Positions 26,702 to 40,849 of a stretch of DNA of 64,000 nt are shown here, piece by piece. The stretch lies in the NCBI RefSeq assembly GCF_009914755.1, contig NC_060931.1. The stretch is one strand, 5' to 3'. Within the stretch, counting starts at the first letter, position 1. Each line of letters opens with the position of its first letter. The notes beneath the pieces are model-generated. The model made no database searches and was not told where the DNA came from. It saw only the letters and a program-made list of their open reading frames with translations. A program made the translations under genes and the position numbers. Origin of the DNA: the human T2T-CHM13v2.0 reference genome, Homo sapiens.

Positions 26702-27230
26702 GGAGGGGCGAGGTGACTCATGCCTGTGATCCTAGCGCTCCGGGCGGCCGAGACAGGCAGATCCATTGAGGTTAAGCATTTGAGACCAGCCTGGGCAACT
26801 CTATCTCTACGAAAAATACAAAGATTATCCGGTGTGGTGGTGCATGCACCTGTAGTCCCAGTTACTCGGGAGGCTGAGGCAGGAGAATCGCTTGAGTCCG
26901 GGAAGCAGAGGTTGCAGTGAGCCTCCACCTCCCGGGTTCAAGCGATTCTCCTGCCTCAGTCTCCCCAGTAGCTGGCATTACACCACACTCAGCTAATTTT
27001 TGTATTTGTAGTAGAGACCATGTTGGCCGGGCTGGTCTTGAACTCCTGACCTCAAGTGATCTGCCCAACTTGGCCTCCCAAAGTGCTGGGGTTACAGGTG
27101 TGAGCCACTGCACCTGGCCATCATTTTAACCATTTTGAAGTGTACAATTCAAAGCAGTGAGCTATGATTGTGCTACTGCCCTCTAGCCTGGGAAACAGAC
27201 GAGGCCCTGTCTCAAAAAAAAAAAAAAAAA
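26702..27230 (+). mobile_element. Alu interrupted at 26922-27153 by an antisense Alu+L1 segment
   Basis: Host reads ...gttgcagtgagc | insert | gcagtgagctatgattg...ccctgtctc(A)n. Confidence 0.85.
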
Positions 27231-27235
27231 GTCCA

Positions 27236-27901
27236 TTAAAAAGTCAGGAAACAACAGATGCTGGAGAGGCTGTGGAGAAATAGGAATCCTTTTACACGTT
27301 GGTGGGAGGGTAAATTAGTTCATCTATTGTGGAAGACAGTGTGGCGTTTCCTCAAGGATCTAGAACCAGAAATACCATTGGACCCAGCAATCCCATTACT
27401 GGGTATATACCCAAAGGATTATAAATCACTCTACTATAAAGACACATGCACACGTATGTTTATTGCAGCACTGTTCACAATAGCAAAGACTTGGAACCAA
27501 CCCAAATATCCATCAATGATGGACTGAATTAAGAAAATGTGGCACATATACACCATGGAATACTATGCAGCCATAAAAAAGGATGAGTTCATGTCCTTTG
27601 CAGGGACATGGATGAAGCTGGAAACCGTCATTCTCAGCAAACTAACACAAGAACAGAAAACCAAACACCGCATTTTCTCACTCATAAGTGGGAGTTGAGC
27701 ATTGAGAACACATGGACACAGGGAGAGGAAGATCACACACTGGGGCCTGTTGGGGGTGGGGGGCTAGGGGAGGGATAGCATTAGGAGAAATACTTAATGT
27801 AGATGACGGGTTGATGGGTGCAGCAAACCACCATGACATGTGTATACCTTTGTAACAAACCTGCACATTCTGTACATGTATTCCAGAACTTACAGTATAA
27901 T
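27236..27901 (+). mobile_element. 5'-truncated L1PA (L1PA8-10-like): ORF2 C-terminal remnant and 3' UTR
   Basis: aagtcaggaaacaacagatgctggagagg...; the ORF 27258-27527 reads WKTVWRFLKDLEPEIPLDPAIPLLGIYP; 3' UTR gatgacgggttgatgggtgcagcaaaccacc. Confidence 0.95.
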
Positions 27902-28218
27902 GAAGGAAGAAGAAGAAGGAAGAAGGAGGAAGGAAGAAGGAAGAAGGAAGAAAGAAGAAGGAAGAAGGAGGAAGGAGGAAGAAGAAGGAAGAAGGAGGAA
28001 GGAGGAAGGAGGAAGAAGGAAGAAGGAAGAAGGAGGAAGAAGGAAGAAGAAGGAGGAAGGAGGAAGAAGGAGGAAGGAGGAAGAAGGAGGAAGGAGGAAG
28101 AAGGAAGAAGAAGGAAGAAGGAGGGAGGAAGAAGGAAGAAGGAAGAAGGAGGAAGGAGGAAGAAGGAAGAAGAAGGAAGAAGGAAGAAGAAGAGAAGCAG
28201 CAGCAGCAGCAGCAGCAG
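27902..28218 (+). repeat. (GAA/GGA)n polypurine tract followed by (CAG)7
   Basis: ~296 bp of only G/A, then CAG x7 at 28198-28218. Confidence 0.95.
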
Positions 28219-28399
28219 CCAGGAGGACTCGCTGTGATGTCAGGACTAACTGGAGGTCAGGGGACAGCCTGGAGTCGCCCAGTCCTTCAGCCACCGGCCC
28301 CCGCCCGGGCCATAGAGCCCCTGGAAGGAGGCCCCACACGCCGCGTGTGCGTTAGGTGTGAAATACTCGTGGATCGGCAGCTCAGAGGAAAAAGCGTGG

Positions 28400-28588
28400 G
28401 AACGGCTTTGCTGATATTTTTCATAATAATTACTTGTTGAAATGATTACATTTTTTAGTGTATTAAGTTAAACAAAGTGTATTATTTAAATTAATTTCAC
28501 CTGTTTCTTTTTACTTTTTCTGGTGGCCACTAGAAAATTATGTCATGTACGTGGCTTGTGTGACATGTCTTTTGAGTGGGCTGCTCTG
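28400..28588. mobile_element. MER33/MER3-type hAT-Charlie relic
   Basis: aaattaatttcacctgtttctttttactttt...gtggccactagaaaatta. Confidence 0.75.
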
Positions 28589-28687
28589 GAAAACGCAGAA
28601 AGAGACGCAGAAACTCAAGGTAGATGCTTTCAGCCCAGCCTCAAAACAGTCTCCAGTTGGATTAAACTTGTTTGTTAACTGAGGTGA

Positions 28688-29613
<926 letters not shown>

Positions 29614-30080
29614 ATCGTTTTTACCATTTTGAAGTGTACAATTCAATGGCATTAAAGACATTGACAAGGATGTGCAGTAACCCCCTCTATCTAGTTCCAG
29701 AACATTCTCAACACCCCAAAGGAAGACCCCAGGCCCATTAACGGTCATTCCCCATCCCCCCTACCCCAGCCCCTGGCAACCACAAGTCTGCTTTCTGTCT
29801 CCAAGGATTTCTGTTTTCTGGACGTGGATGGAACCATGCACTGTGAGGCCTCTGTGACTGGCTTCCTGCCCTCAAGGCTCATCCACGCTGTAGCCTGTGT
29901 CAGGCCTTCCTTTCTTTTTCATGGCTGAATAATATTCCACTGTGTAGATGAGCCACATTTTGTTTCTCCCGCATCAGCTGAGGACACCTGGGCTGTTTCC
30001 AGCTTTTGGCCATTGTGGGAGTTGCTGCCATGAACATTTGGGTCCAGGTTTGTGTTTGATCACCTGTTTTCAATCATTGG
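29614..30080 (-). mobile_element. L1MB-like 3' region
   Basis: aagtgtacaattcaatggcatt...tagttccagaacatt...ggctgaataatattccactgtgt. Confidence 0.8.
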
Positions 30081-30087
30081 ATTAAAG

Positions 30088-30389
<302 letters not shown>

Positions 30390-30694
30390 TGGATTAAAGT
30401 TTTAAATGTAACATTATAATGATGGAAACAAGACCAGGATTCTCCCTTCGTCTCTCCGTGGTGTCTTTTATACACTTGAGACCTTGTTTCCGCATCTTCC
30501 CTGATAGCCTTCCCTGTCCTCACTGGATGAAAACCTCTGTATGCCGGCCCTGCCTGGGGGCTGCCCGGGGCCCAGCAGGGAGAGTGGAGGGGGCAGGAGA
30601 TGTGGGCTGGGGCCTTCTATGTGCAGTGAAGGTCCAGGCACCGTTTAGAGCTGGGAGTGAAGAGGGGTGTGGGTGCTTCTGGGGGCCCCATCTA

Positions 30695-31066
<372 letters not shown>

Positions 31067-32484
31067 CTATGGGGCCCCAGGGCTTGGGAATTCTGGAAAG
31101 TCCCCAGGGCTAATGGCCTCTTGGGGAGTCACCCCAACATCTGCTTTCAGGGGCCTAGGCGGGATCTGGCTGCAGCTGGTGTCACCCTTGGCTGGCCAGA
31201 TGGGCAGGGTCTGCAGAAGTCCCGGGGACTGGCTGTGGAGCTCAGAGCCGTTGCTGGTATCTGCGGGTGGCCTAGAGGCCGTGGGGCTGAGGAGCGGGTG
31301 CTGGGCTGGCTGCCCTTCTGACCTAGTCTCTGCACCTGAAGGTTGTGGGGACCTTTGTGGGGAGAGGGCACCTCTTCAACCTGAACCAGCCCGCAGGGCG
31401 GGAGTGAGCGGTGTAACGGCACTGAGCCTGGAGTTCCGCGGGGACCCCTGCCGTCTGTGAGGCTTGGTGCAGATCCCGAGTAGCCCTGCGCCCCTCCTGA
31501 GCCCCTGCCCTGCTCAGGGCTGCCCCTGGCAGCTGCAGCCTGCAGCCACTGGGCACCCACCTGGCCAGTGTCGTGACCCAGAGTGGTCTTGACCTGGCCA
31601 GGGAGCCTCCTCTGGGAAGTGGGGTCCAGGGCTGAGGCCCCTCCCTCCTCCAGACCTCAGATTCTCTGGTTGTCAAATGAGCACATCCGGCAGTGCATGG
31701 GCTTCTCACAGACACACAGGACGGTGGCTGGAATGGTCCTGGGGCCGCCAGGGCTCCCTGCAGGCAGAAGCCACAGGGTTCACTTCAGATGAGCTAGAAA
31801 GCTGGGGAGGGGGGTCCAGCGTCTCCACACTCCATCGCTGCTCCTCAGGGGGCCCTTCCCACTCTAAGGCATGAAACCTGGAAACAGACCAAGGCTGGGA
31901 AACACGGAGGGGCTCAGGACATGGGGGCAGAGCCTAGGGATGGCCTGCTCGGCCTGGGGTCAGGGAGGGCCACCAGGGCCGGGCCTTAGACATGGCAGGT
32001 CCAGGGGACAAGCAGGGAGAAGGGTGACCCAGGGTGAGGGCGGGGGCTCCAAGGCTGGGCCCGCCTCACCCCGGATCACCCTTCTGGGGTGGCCTGAGGT
32101 TGCCTGAGCTGGGGCCCAGGGCGTTCCAGGACGGCTAAGAGGCAGGGCAGGCAGGGCTGCTCTCCGGAGCTTCTGGCCTGGTTCAGTCCTGGCTGCAGCT
32201 GTGGGGTCCGGGGTGGCCTGGTCTGCTCTGCTGTGTGTGGACTGTGCGGGAAGGTCCCGCTGGGGTCTTTGGAGCCTTGGGAAAGAAGCTGAGGGAGAGG
32301 CTGGCTTGGGGGCAGGAGGCCTGGTGGGCTGGGCCATTGTGGTTGAGAGCCGGGCACTGGGGTGTCTGGGGGAGCAATTTTCCTGGCGGCGGCAGCTCTG
32401 GGAAGCCGAACCCAGAGGGGCTGTTAGACCATCAAGCACCTCCTCCCTGCACGGGTGGACACCAGTTTACACAGTGCCGGGATG

Positions 32485-32635
32485 CCCAGATGGAAATTTA
32501 TGGTGTGCAGGGAAGAACTTCTCACCCAGGTTCCAGCCAGCCGGGTGAGAGAACAATATTTCCCATCGAGGAGACGTGCAAAAGCTCTTAACAAATCGAT
32601 GGGCTGCATTTAGTCAATAAACCACAGTGCTTTCC
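32485..32635. promoter_or_regulatory. Short motif-dense island, candidate enhancer
   Basis: CAGATG, TTTATGG 32497-32503, AACAAT, AAATCGAT 32593-32600, TCAATAAAC, AACCACA. Confidence 0.45.
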
Positions 32636-33499
32636 AGGGAGGCAGGAGCCCTCCTCCCCCAGTTGTCCCTGGGGCCCCTCAGGCTTCGCCGAGGGTGGGG
32701 GTACGGCCGGGCGGGTGGACGCCAAGGAAGCTGGGGAGCCTGGGTCTTATGTCCCCACCCATAGCTCCTGGCCTCAGGGCATCCTCCTGCCCTGGGGTGT
32801 GGGAAGGACAGCGGCTTCCCCAGCGGCGGACGCAGGGGCAGCATTGTCGGTGGTGCCAGATGGAGGTTTGGGGCTCACATCTTGCCTTCCAGCTGGGGAG
32901 CCCAGGTGCAGCCACCTCGGCCCCCCCAGCCCTGCCTTCCTGGCCACGGTAGCAACCTCTCTGGGGTCCCCAGCACAGCCGCTCCCTGCTTGCCTGCACC
33001 TCCCTCCCCAGATCCCCGCTGAGATTGGCCCTGCCCCTCCAGCGCTGGGCACCTCTCACTCCTTTCCAGGGACCCCCAGGCCATGGCACAGTGTCGCCTG
33101 GGGACACACGTGGTGCGTGTGGCTTTTCAGCTGCTCAACACTCACTTCTGAGGCCCCCGCGGCGTGGCACGGCCTGGGCGTTGGATGCAGCAGTGAACGG
33201 GACCCACGCGGGGACTCAGGGTATGACGGGCAGAGGGGTAGGTGGGGTGGGGGCAGGTGAGGCGGGGGTGCCCAGCGGTCAGGGAGGGGCTCTCGGGAGG
33301 TGACATTCGGCCGAGACCGAGTGACGGTGTGGAACCCGGGCGCACTGGGAGGCACGATCCAGGCGGAGGGAGCAGCCGTGCCAGGGCCCTGAGGTGGGAG
33401 GGGCCGGGCGGCCTCAGGCTCAGCGAGGGGCTGAGGGGCCAACGTGGCCGGAGTGGAGTGGGCGAGGGGAGGGAGCGCTGGCCAGGAGAGACAACCACG

Positions 33500-34170
<671 letters not shown>

Positions 34171-36469
34171 GGGGTCACAGACGGCCGGGGGACGGGAGGA
34201 GCTCAGGTCGGGGGCAGGCATCGCGTTTGCGGGGATGGATCCTTAACCCAGAGAGGAAGGTGGTTGCTCTGACCTCAGACACTCTTGGAGAAAAAGTGGG
34301 CAGAAGCCTCACAGGTGGGGTCCTGGGAGAGGCTGGGGCCAGCCAGTAGGCCTTGAGAAGTGGCTATGGTTACAGCGTGGCGGTCATCGGTGGGGAGCAG
34401 GCTGTGGGCTGGGGTGTGGGATAGTGGAGACACAGGTCTTGAGGCGTTAGCAGCAAAGAACGGCTGAAAAGTGCGGCGGGGGCCTTGGGGGCCTGAGGCT
34501 GGCGTTTCTAGGCCCTCCCTGCTCTGATGCTCTGGGGTCCTCCCTGGGAGGCGGCATCCCTGAGTCCTGCTGACCTTGCCTCCTTCCGGCTTCTCCAGGC
34601 CAGGGAGGTGTGGGGAGTGCAGGGGCCAGAGAGCAAGAGGCCTGGATGTCAGGCATCGGGCACTGGCCAGGCTGTGACCCTGGGGGCCCCCGACCTCCCT
34701 GGGCCTCAGTTTCCGCCTCAGTCTCGTGGGCATCCAGGCATATTAAAGGTTGGAATGAAGGATGTCTGCCTGTTTGCAAACTGTAGAGAGCAGTGCACAC
34801 GAGTGTGAGGCAGCAGTGGGCTTGAGCAGAGTGAGGAGGCCCAGGCCTGCCCGCCCCTGCCTCTTGGGCAGCGAGTGCCATGGCTGTCTGCCCAGCTGGC
34901 CTCAGGGGATGCCACGTGGCTGGGACGTGTGGCCCTGGCCCTGCTTTCCATCTGGTGTGACTTTGTCTCTCTGTCGACGCCCCCCACCTTCCTGCGGCTC
35001 CCACCCTCGACGCCAGGACTGGCCCCCACCACGCCTGGGCAACTGGTGTCCTCGGCAGATCTTCCCAGCAGACAGGACTCGGTGAAGCCTGCGGGGCCAC
35101 AGGACCAGCCTACTCACTGCCCAGCCCTCAGGCCGGGGGATGGAATCAGGGCCCTCTTTGGACATCTGGGGCCACGCCTGCCACCCTCAGGGGCCCAGGG
35201 CAGACAGGTGGGGTCTGTGTGGGCAGCACCCCTACCCCAGCGGGCAGAGTCCCCAGGACGTCCAGGGAAGCTTCCTTCTCACCGTGCCAGGCCCGGTGTC
35301 TGACTGGTGAGTTTGAGGCACTGAACAGGCTGAACTCAGAGTGTTGGGGAATCGGGGTCAGAAAAGTCCAGGCAGATCCCTTCAGGGGCTCCCTTGGGGG
35401 TCTCACAGGCCAAGGGCCTCCACCCCTGCGCACTAGCTGGGCCATGAGCCACTGTGATGGTGGCCGTGCTGGGCTCTCGGGCTGTGCCCCCTGTTTTGTG
35501 GGGCCTGGCTCTCTGTCCTGGCTGGGTGCCACTGGCTTTCTTTGTGTGGGTGAAGCTGTCTAGATTCCCAGCCGGGACTGGAGAGCCGCCTCCCATGGGC
35601 AGAAAGGTGAAGTCAAGCTCCTCTCCTCCACGGTCCTCCGGTGCCCAGAGAGGGGAGGGAAGGGCTCGGGGCCACACAGCACACGGGGGTGAGAGGGGGC
35701 CCTACTGCCTGCCACGTGCTACCGGGAGTGCGTTGGAGCCTCACGGGCACTGGAGGTAGACACTTCTCCCCATTTCACAGATGAGAAAACCAAGACACAG
35801 CCCTGACTCCCCAGCCCAGGCCCTTTCTCAGGCCCCTTTCCAGGCCTCTGCCGTGGGAGGTGCACCTCGTCTCCCCCACATCCCGGCTCAGCCCCCCAGG
35901 GGCCGCAGCCCCCCTGCCCACCAGGCTGGTGCCAGGGAGCGCTGGCTCCTGGAAACCCGGAGAAAGCAGACAACTCGTCCGCGTTGTCCTGGAGATGCAG
36001 CCGACATCGGCCTGCTTGTCCTGCTGCCAGGGCCGCTGGGGGCCCCATCGATGTCCACCCGGCCAGACACAGCTCCCGTCATTCAATATGGCAAAGTGTG
36101 GTGGTGCTGGCTCCGCAGACCCCACTGTGGAGGCGAAAGGTAAGAAGTCAGGGTTCGAGGTTGGGGTTCCATGAACACAGCCCCGAGACCGGGTGTCTAC
36201 CCCACCGAGAGGAGGGGTCTCGTCGGGGGGCCTCGCTGAGCCTCCGTGTCCCACCCGGAGCCAGGGTGGGCACCCTCCCGTCCCCGCAGCCCCGGAAGAT
36301 CTGGCAGGTGGCATGACACCCACCCGGGGGCCCTGGTCACCGGCGCATGGGCAGCAGAGCCTCGGGCCAGACCCTGAGTCGGGAGAGCAGGCGGGAGGCA
36401 GCTCTGTCTTCCTAGCAGAAGCTGTGCGTCCAAGGAGGTCCTCCTGGCCGGATTAGCCGTGCCTACGCT

Positions 36470-37700
36470 CCTGAAGACGCTAAATGGGCAAATTGTCAGG
36501 GAGCAGGGCCCGGGCAGGGACACCAGCTCTATTAGCCCCGTCTCCGGCCTAATTAGCCCTAAGACTGCCCTGATTCTCGCCAGCACCGGGAAGTCCTCTA
36601 GCTGGGCCTTCTCAGGCCTTCCTGGGCCCAGGGCGCAGCCCACCTCTCCCCCCCGGGGGCTCCTTCCACCCTCCAAACCCACAGATGACTTTTCCTATCA
36701 AAACGGGCAATAAAGCCGGCCGGGCCCATTTCTTTTTTCTATTTTGAATTCTGTTAACTGACAATTTAACCTAAAATTCTCTGTATTTCCAGCTTGTACA
36801 GCTGTAAATAGAGACTGACAGTTTATTTTCACGTCCCGGCTCGAGGGGGGCGGCGGGGACGGGGGGAACCCATTTGAAATAAATACTTGTGAGTCTCTGA
36901 CAGACTCCAGACGGGCCGTCGACGCCGCCTGGCAATGTCTGGGACCTGTCACACTCTGTGATCGGTCTTTTTACAAACACAAACGCTGCTGATTTCTTAT
37001 CAAATGTAAAACCGGCCCAGCTCTTTCTTAAATGGTTACCACGAGCATGAAATTGACATTGTGAATCACATGTGACACCGGCTTGTCTGCGCCGTAATTG
37101 ATCGGTGCTTAGGAGCAGGCGCGGCTGGCCCAGAGCTCCCAGCCCCACCGCGCCCCCCGCCGCCCGCGGCCCGAGCTTTGAGTCCGGGCCCCAGCAAATC
37201 GTTGGCAATGGGAGAAAACTCCAAGAAAACGCTTGATTCATGTACGTTGCGTTTCTTCCCCCTCCGCGGTCCTCCGAGGTGCCAGTTCCAATTTCCACGG
37301 TTCCATCATTACGCACATCAAACGGCTGTAATTGGCTGCTACAGAAATTTATCCTCTGAAAGGAGAGAGAGTGGGGGAGAGAGGGCAGGAGAGGAGGGAG
37401 CGGCGGAGGACGGGAAATGGTGGCGGTAATGAGATTTTGGAAGCCACAGCGCCACCCCCGAGGTTGGCAGGGAGAAGGGAGAGGCTGGCACGCTCGCAGG
37501 AACGCAGCCGCGTTCGGCCTGGCTAGCAAAACGCCGTTTGAAAACAAGTCTGGTGGGGTGTGGGTGTCACACAACAGCCGCAAACACACTGCGCCGGTCC
37601 AGGAACAGCCGGCGCCTTTCACAGCCGTCGTCGTCACGGTTACGGCGGGCGACGCCCGCAGACCCCCCTCCCCCTACTTCACAGTGTGCACAGCTGGTGG
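36470..37700. promoter_or_regulatory. Largest CpG-rich, motif-dense unique island; strong candidate enhancer cluster
   Basis: TGACA-core sites at 36759, 36816, 36898, 36946, 37054, 37073; TAATTA/TAATTG; palindromes TACAGCTGTA 36797 and TCACATGTGA 37066; many CpGs. Confidence 0.65.
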
Positions 37701-37984
37701 TGCCCAGTTCCTACCACACCAAGCCAGAGTTGCTCGGGGGTGATCGCTGTGTTGCAGAAGGGGAAACTGAGGCCCGGAGAAGGGAGGTTGCTCGGGAAGC
37801 CAGTCTGGGGCACAGTGTGAGCCTCCTTTCTCAGGGTTTCGCTTCCGGACGTCCCCGGGAACCCCTCTGCAGCAGCTTGGCCCCACGGTGCCGGCATGTG
37901 ACCCGCCTCTCTGCCTGCTCCTGCACCCCCATTTCCAGGGCTGCCTGCTCCCTCTGTCGGGCAGGCTCGGCCGGCACCCTGGCA

Positions 37985-38410
37985 GGTCGTGAAACTTGAA
38001 TTGGTTTTTCAGGCCATGGATTTTTCCCGAGCTTTCTGGGGCGTGCGAGAGTCTGTAACTGAACAAATCAAAGATCCCGAGGGGCCGCCCTACAGTGTCC
38101 CCCCCACCCCCACCCCGAGCCTTTCTCCCTCCAGGGCTGGTTCCTCAGAGCTCACCCATCCCCTTCTGCATCCCCCCGGGCCCAGGACCTGCAGGCCAGG
38201 CTCACCCTCTGCCCCGAGTCAGCCCGCGCTGCCCCCCGGGACGTGCAATCCTCTCCATGGCGCGGCGCCCATGCTTGCCTCCTCTGGGCCCCACATGCGG
38301 TCCGGCAGCTCCCTGGGCGGGCGTATTTATGTCTCTGTTTTTCCATTTGGATTTTGTGACTGATGAAACAGTGGTGCTTAATTGCACGCACGGCAATGGT
38401 GCCTTGTGGC
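37985..38410. promoter_or_regulatory. Two small AT-rich blocks (37985-38075 and 38320-38410)
   Basis: ATCAAAG, TATTTAT, CTTAATTG, CAATGG in CpG-rich unique DNA. Confidence 0.35.
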
Positions 38411-40849
38411 AGGCAGGAGGCAACCTCCCCGGTTCGCCGTTATGCAGCCATCCTCCTGCAACTGGCAACGCTGGGCGCCTTGCCAGGGCCTCCCCAGCAC
38501 CCCACAGACAGGCAGGAAGCCACCCTGCCGTCCAGATGGGGAAACTGAGACCTACCAAGCAAAGCAGCTCCCTGGCCTGGCCCACATCCCAGGTGCCTAG
38601 GCCAGCGCCCCCTTCACCGCACCACGTAGCCTCTGAGGCCACCTGAAGCCTCTCGGGAAATCCATCTGTGAGTGGCGGCTGGAAGCTTCTCAGGCCTCCA
38701 GAGCGGGAACGCCGAGCTCCTTCTGAGTGCCTGGCTTGTTTTTCTCTCACGGGTGCTGCGATGGATACGCTGCAATAGAATGTGTTTCCTTTTTCGCCTT
38801 GGCCCCCAGGAAGCTCAGAGTCAAGTCAGTCTCTCTTAATGACTCTATGGGCACCCAGGGAATGCACCTCTGAATGCTGATCTGTCCAGAGTCACTCAAT
38901 TGAGTGTTGTGCCTTTTTCTAAGTGTTTCAGATCCTTTGAGGGCGTGAAGTGAAGCTCAGTGAAGCTTGGAACATCCCGAGGGTCTGGCGTTGGGGCCTC
39001 TCTGGGGTGCACATCAGCCCCTCCATCCTCTTCACACTTCCCTCTTGCCAGTTGTCCTCCCCAGCAGTTGTGCGCGAGGTCCATCCAGGGGGGCTAGCGC
39101 CACAGCGGGCACTATGACAGGGGGGACATTGGCATGAGTTATGGGAGGGCAGGATCTGGGGAGGGGCGACACACACTGGTGGTGAGTTCAGGGCAACTCC
39201 CGGGGAAGCGTTCGCAGAAACTACAGGGTGGTTATTTAGTTGAGGGCCAGCAAACAGGTGTCACCTCTCTTGCCCTTTTCCCTTGAGAACAGCTTTCTGG
39301 AGCGCTATGTTAAGGAGTCTGTGGTCCTGTCTCAAAGGCATCCAGTGATTGATTAGTGATGTCTGCAGTAGACAAGGGCGGTGGCTGGGGCTGCCATGGT
39401 TTCCCAGTTGGGGCTGAGGTCAGGCTTTGTTGAAGCTGGGCTCACTGGCTGTGCCCACCCCAGCCACACAGACAGGCCTGTCCCGACACCATGGATGGGC
39501 AGGGAGGCCATCCTTACCAAAGCAAGCAGGGGCCTGGGGTGGCTGGATTTGGGGCACGGATGCCCAGGTGGGCTTCTCCCTGTAGGCTCGGAATGGGGAC
39601 TGCAGAGGCAGGGACAGCCTGTCTCATGAGTCCACCCGGGGCAGGCGTGAGGGACACAGCTGGGCTCTGGAGGCCTGGGAGGCCTGGGGAGGAGTCCTTG
39701 AGAAGGAACCACGTTGGGGGCCACCACAGGGCAGATGGGTCCCGGGAGGGCTGGACTGGTGGGGAAAGGTGGCCCTGGACAAGTGAGGGGGCGTCTCTCA
39801 GCCTCACGTGAGCATCCACGGACACGTGGGGCCCCAACCTGTCTCCTCCACTCCTAGGGGCAGCTGCAGGATCCAGGGAGGGAGGAGGTGTCTCAGGGGC
39901 TCCTGGCTTTGTCCTGGGAGTAGGGATGGGGCTCTGCCAGGATGTCTCACGTCAGGGGCTGCTTGGGGCCTGCGGGACACCTCCTTCCTTACTTCCCCTG
40001 GGGTTTTACAGACCACCGAAGCCCTGCGGGATTTTCACATCCAGGCAGTGAATGGAGATGACACACTTTGCACTGAACATGTACTGTGTAAGCCTTTCCC
40101 GGTGCTGCGTGGCTTGGAAGGCACTGGGGGGCGGGGGTGGAGGCTGGGGGTCCCTGGACTTAGAGCCCCTCTCAGCCATGCTGTGCTGGGCAACCTGGGA
40201 CTGGCCCCTTAGCCCCTCTGGGTCTTGATTCCTTGTGAAGAGTTTCTGCCCATCCCTTGAGCCTCAGAACGTCCTGGGGTGAAGCACAGCCCCTACTCTT
40301 GCTGCCCTGGTAGAAGACGAGGCCCAGAGAGGGGCAGGGCCCGCCCAAGGCTGCACAGTGAGTATGATCTGGAAGCCCCCAGGGCCGGCAAAGGGGTGCA
40401 GGGTGCTGGGGCTGAGGTAGTCCGGGGAGCTGGCCCCGCTGGGATGTGCTGGGCCTGAGACAGTCACAGCTCCCCCTGGGCTCCTCTTCTCTCATTTCTT
40501 TCCTCTTCCTGCCCCGCCCCTCAGCAGAATCTCTGCCCCCAACACCTACAGCCCCTGCCCTCCTTCTGAGGCTGTGGAAACGGAGTCACAGGGAGGTGGA
40601 GTCAGGCAGGAGATGTATCCAGGCTTCCTGACTGCCCGCTCCCTCTTCACGTTGCTTCTCCTGCCATCCGGTGCCCAGCGAGGCTCTGAGAAGCCAGGAC
40701 ACTCTGCCCAGGGACTGCCTCCCTGGCCCGGACCCTGGGGGCTGCGGGGACCTCCGGCGGGTCCCGGGCTGGGCTTCCCCGTCCCACCATCCAGCTGCCC
40801 CAGGATGAGCAAGGCTGGCCCAGCATCTCTGAGCGAGTGGGGAAGGGAG

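Noticed and set aside
27258-27527. ORF with genuine protein similarity
   Set aside because: C-terminal remnant of LINE-1 ORF2 in a truncated L1PA, not a host gene
27818-28355. K/E/R-rich ORFs with poly-Ala or poly-Ser; similar ORFs at 50415-51022
   Set aside because: Translations of purine simple repeats
36771-37637. 288-aa - strand ORF across the CpG island
   Set aside because: No recognisable domain, non-ATG start, and openness explained by GC content; PhyloCSF would be decisive
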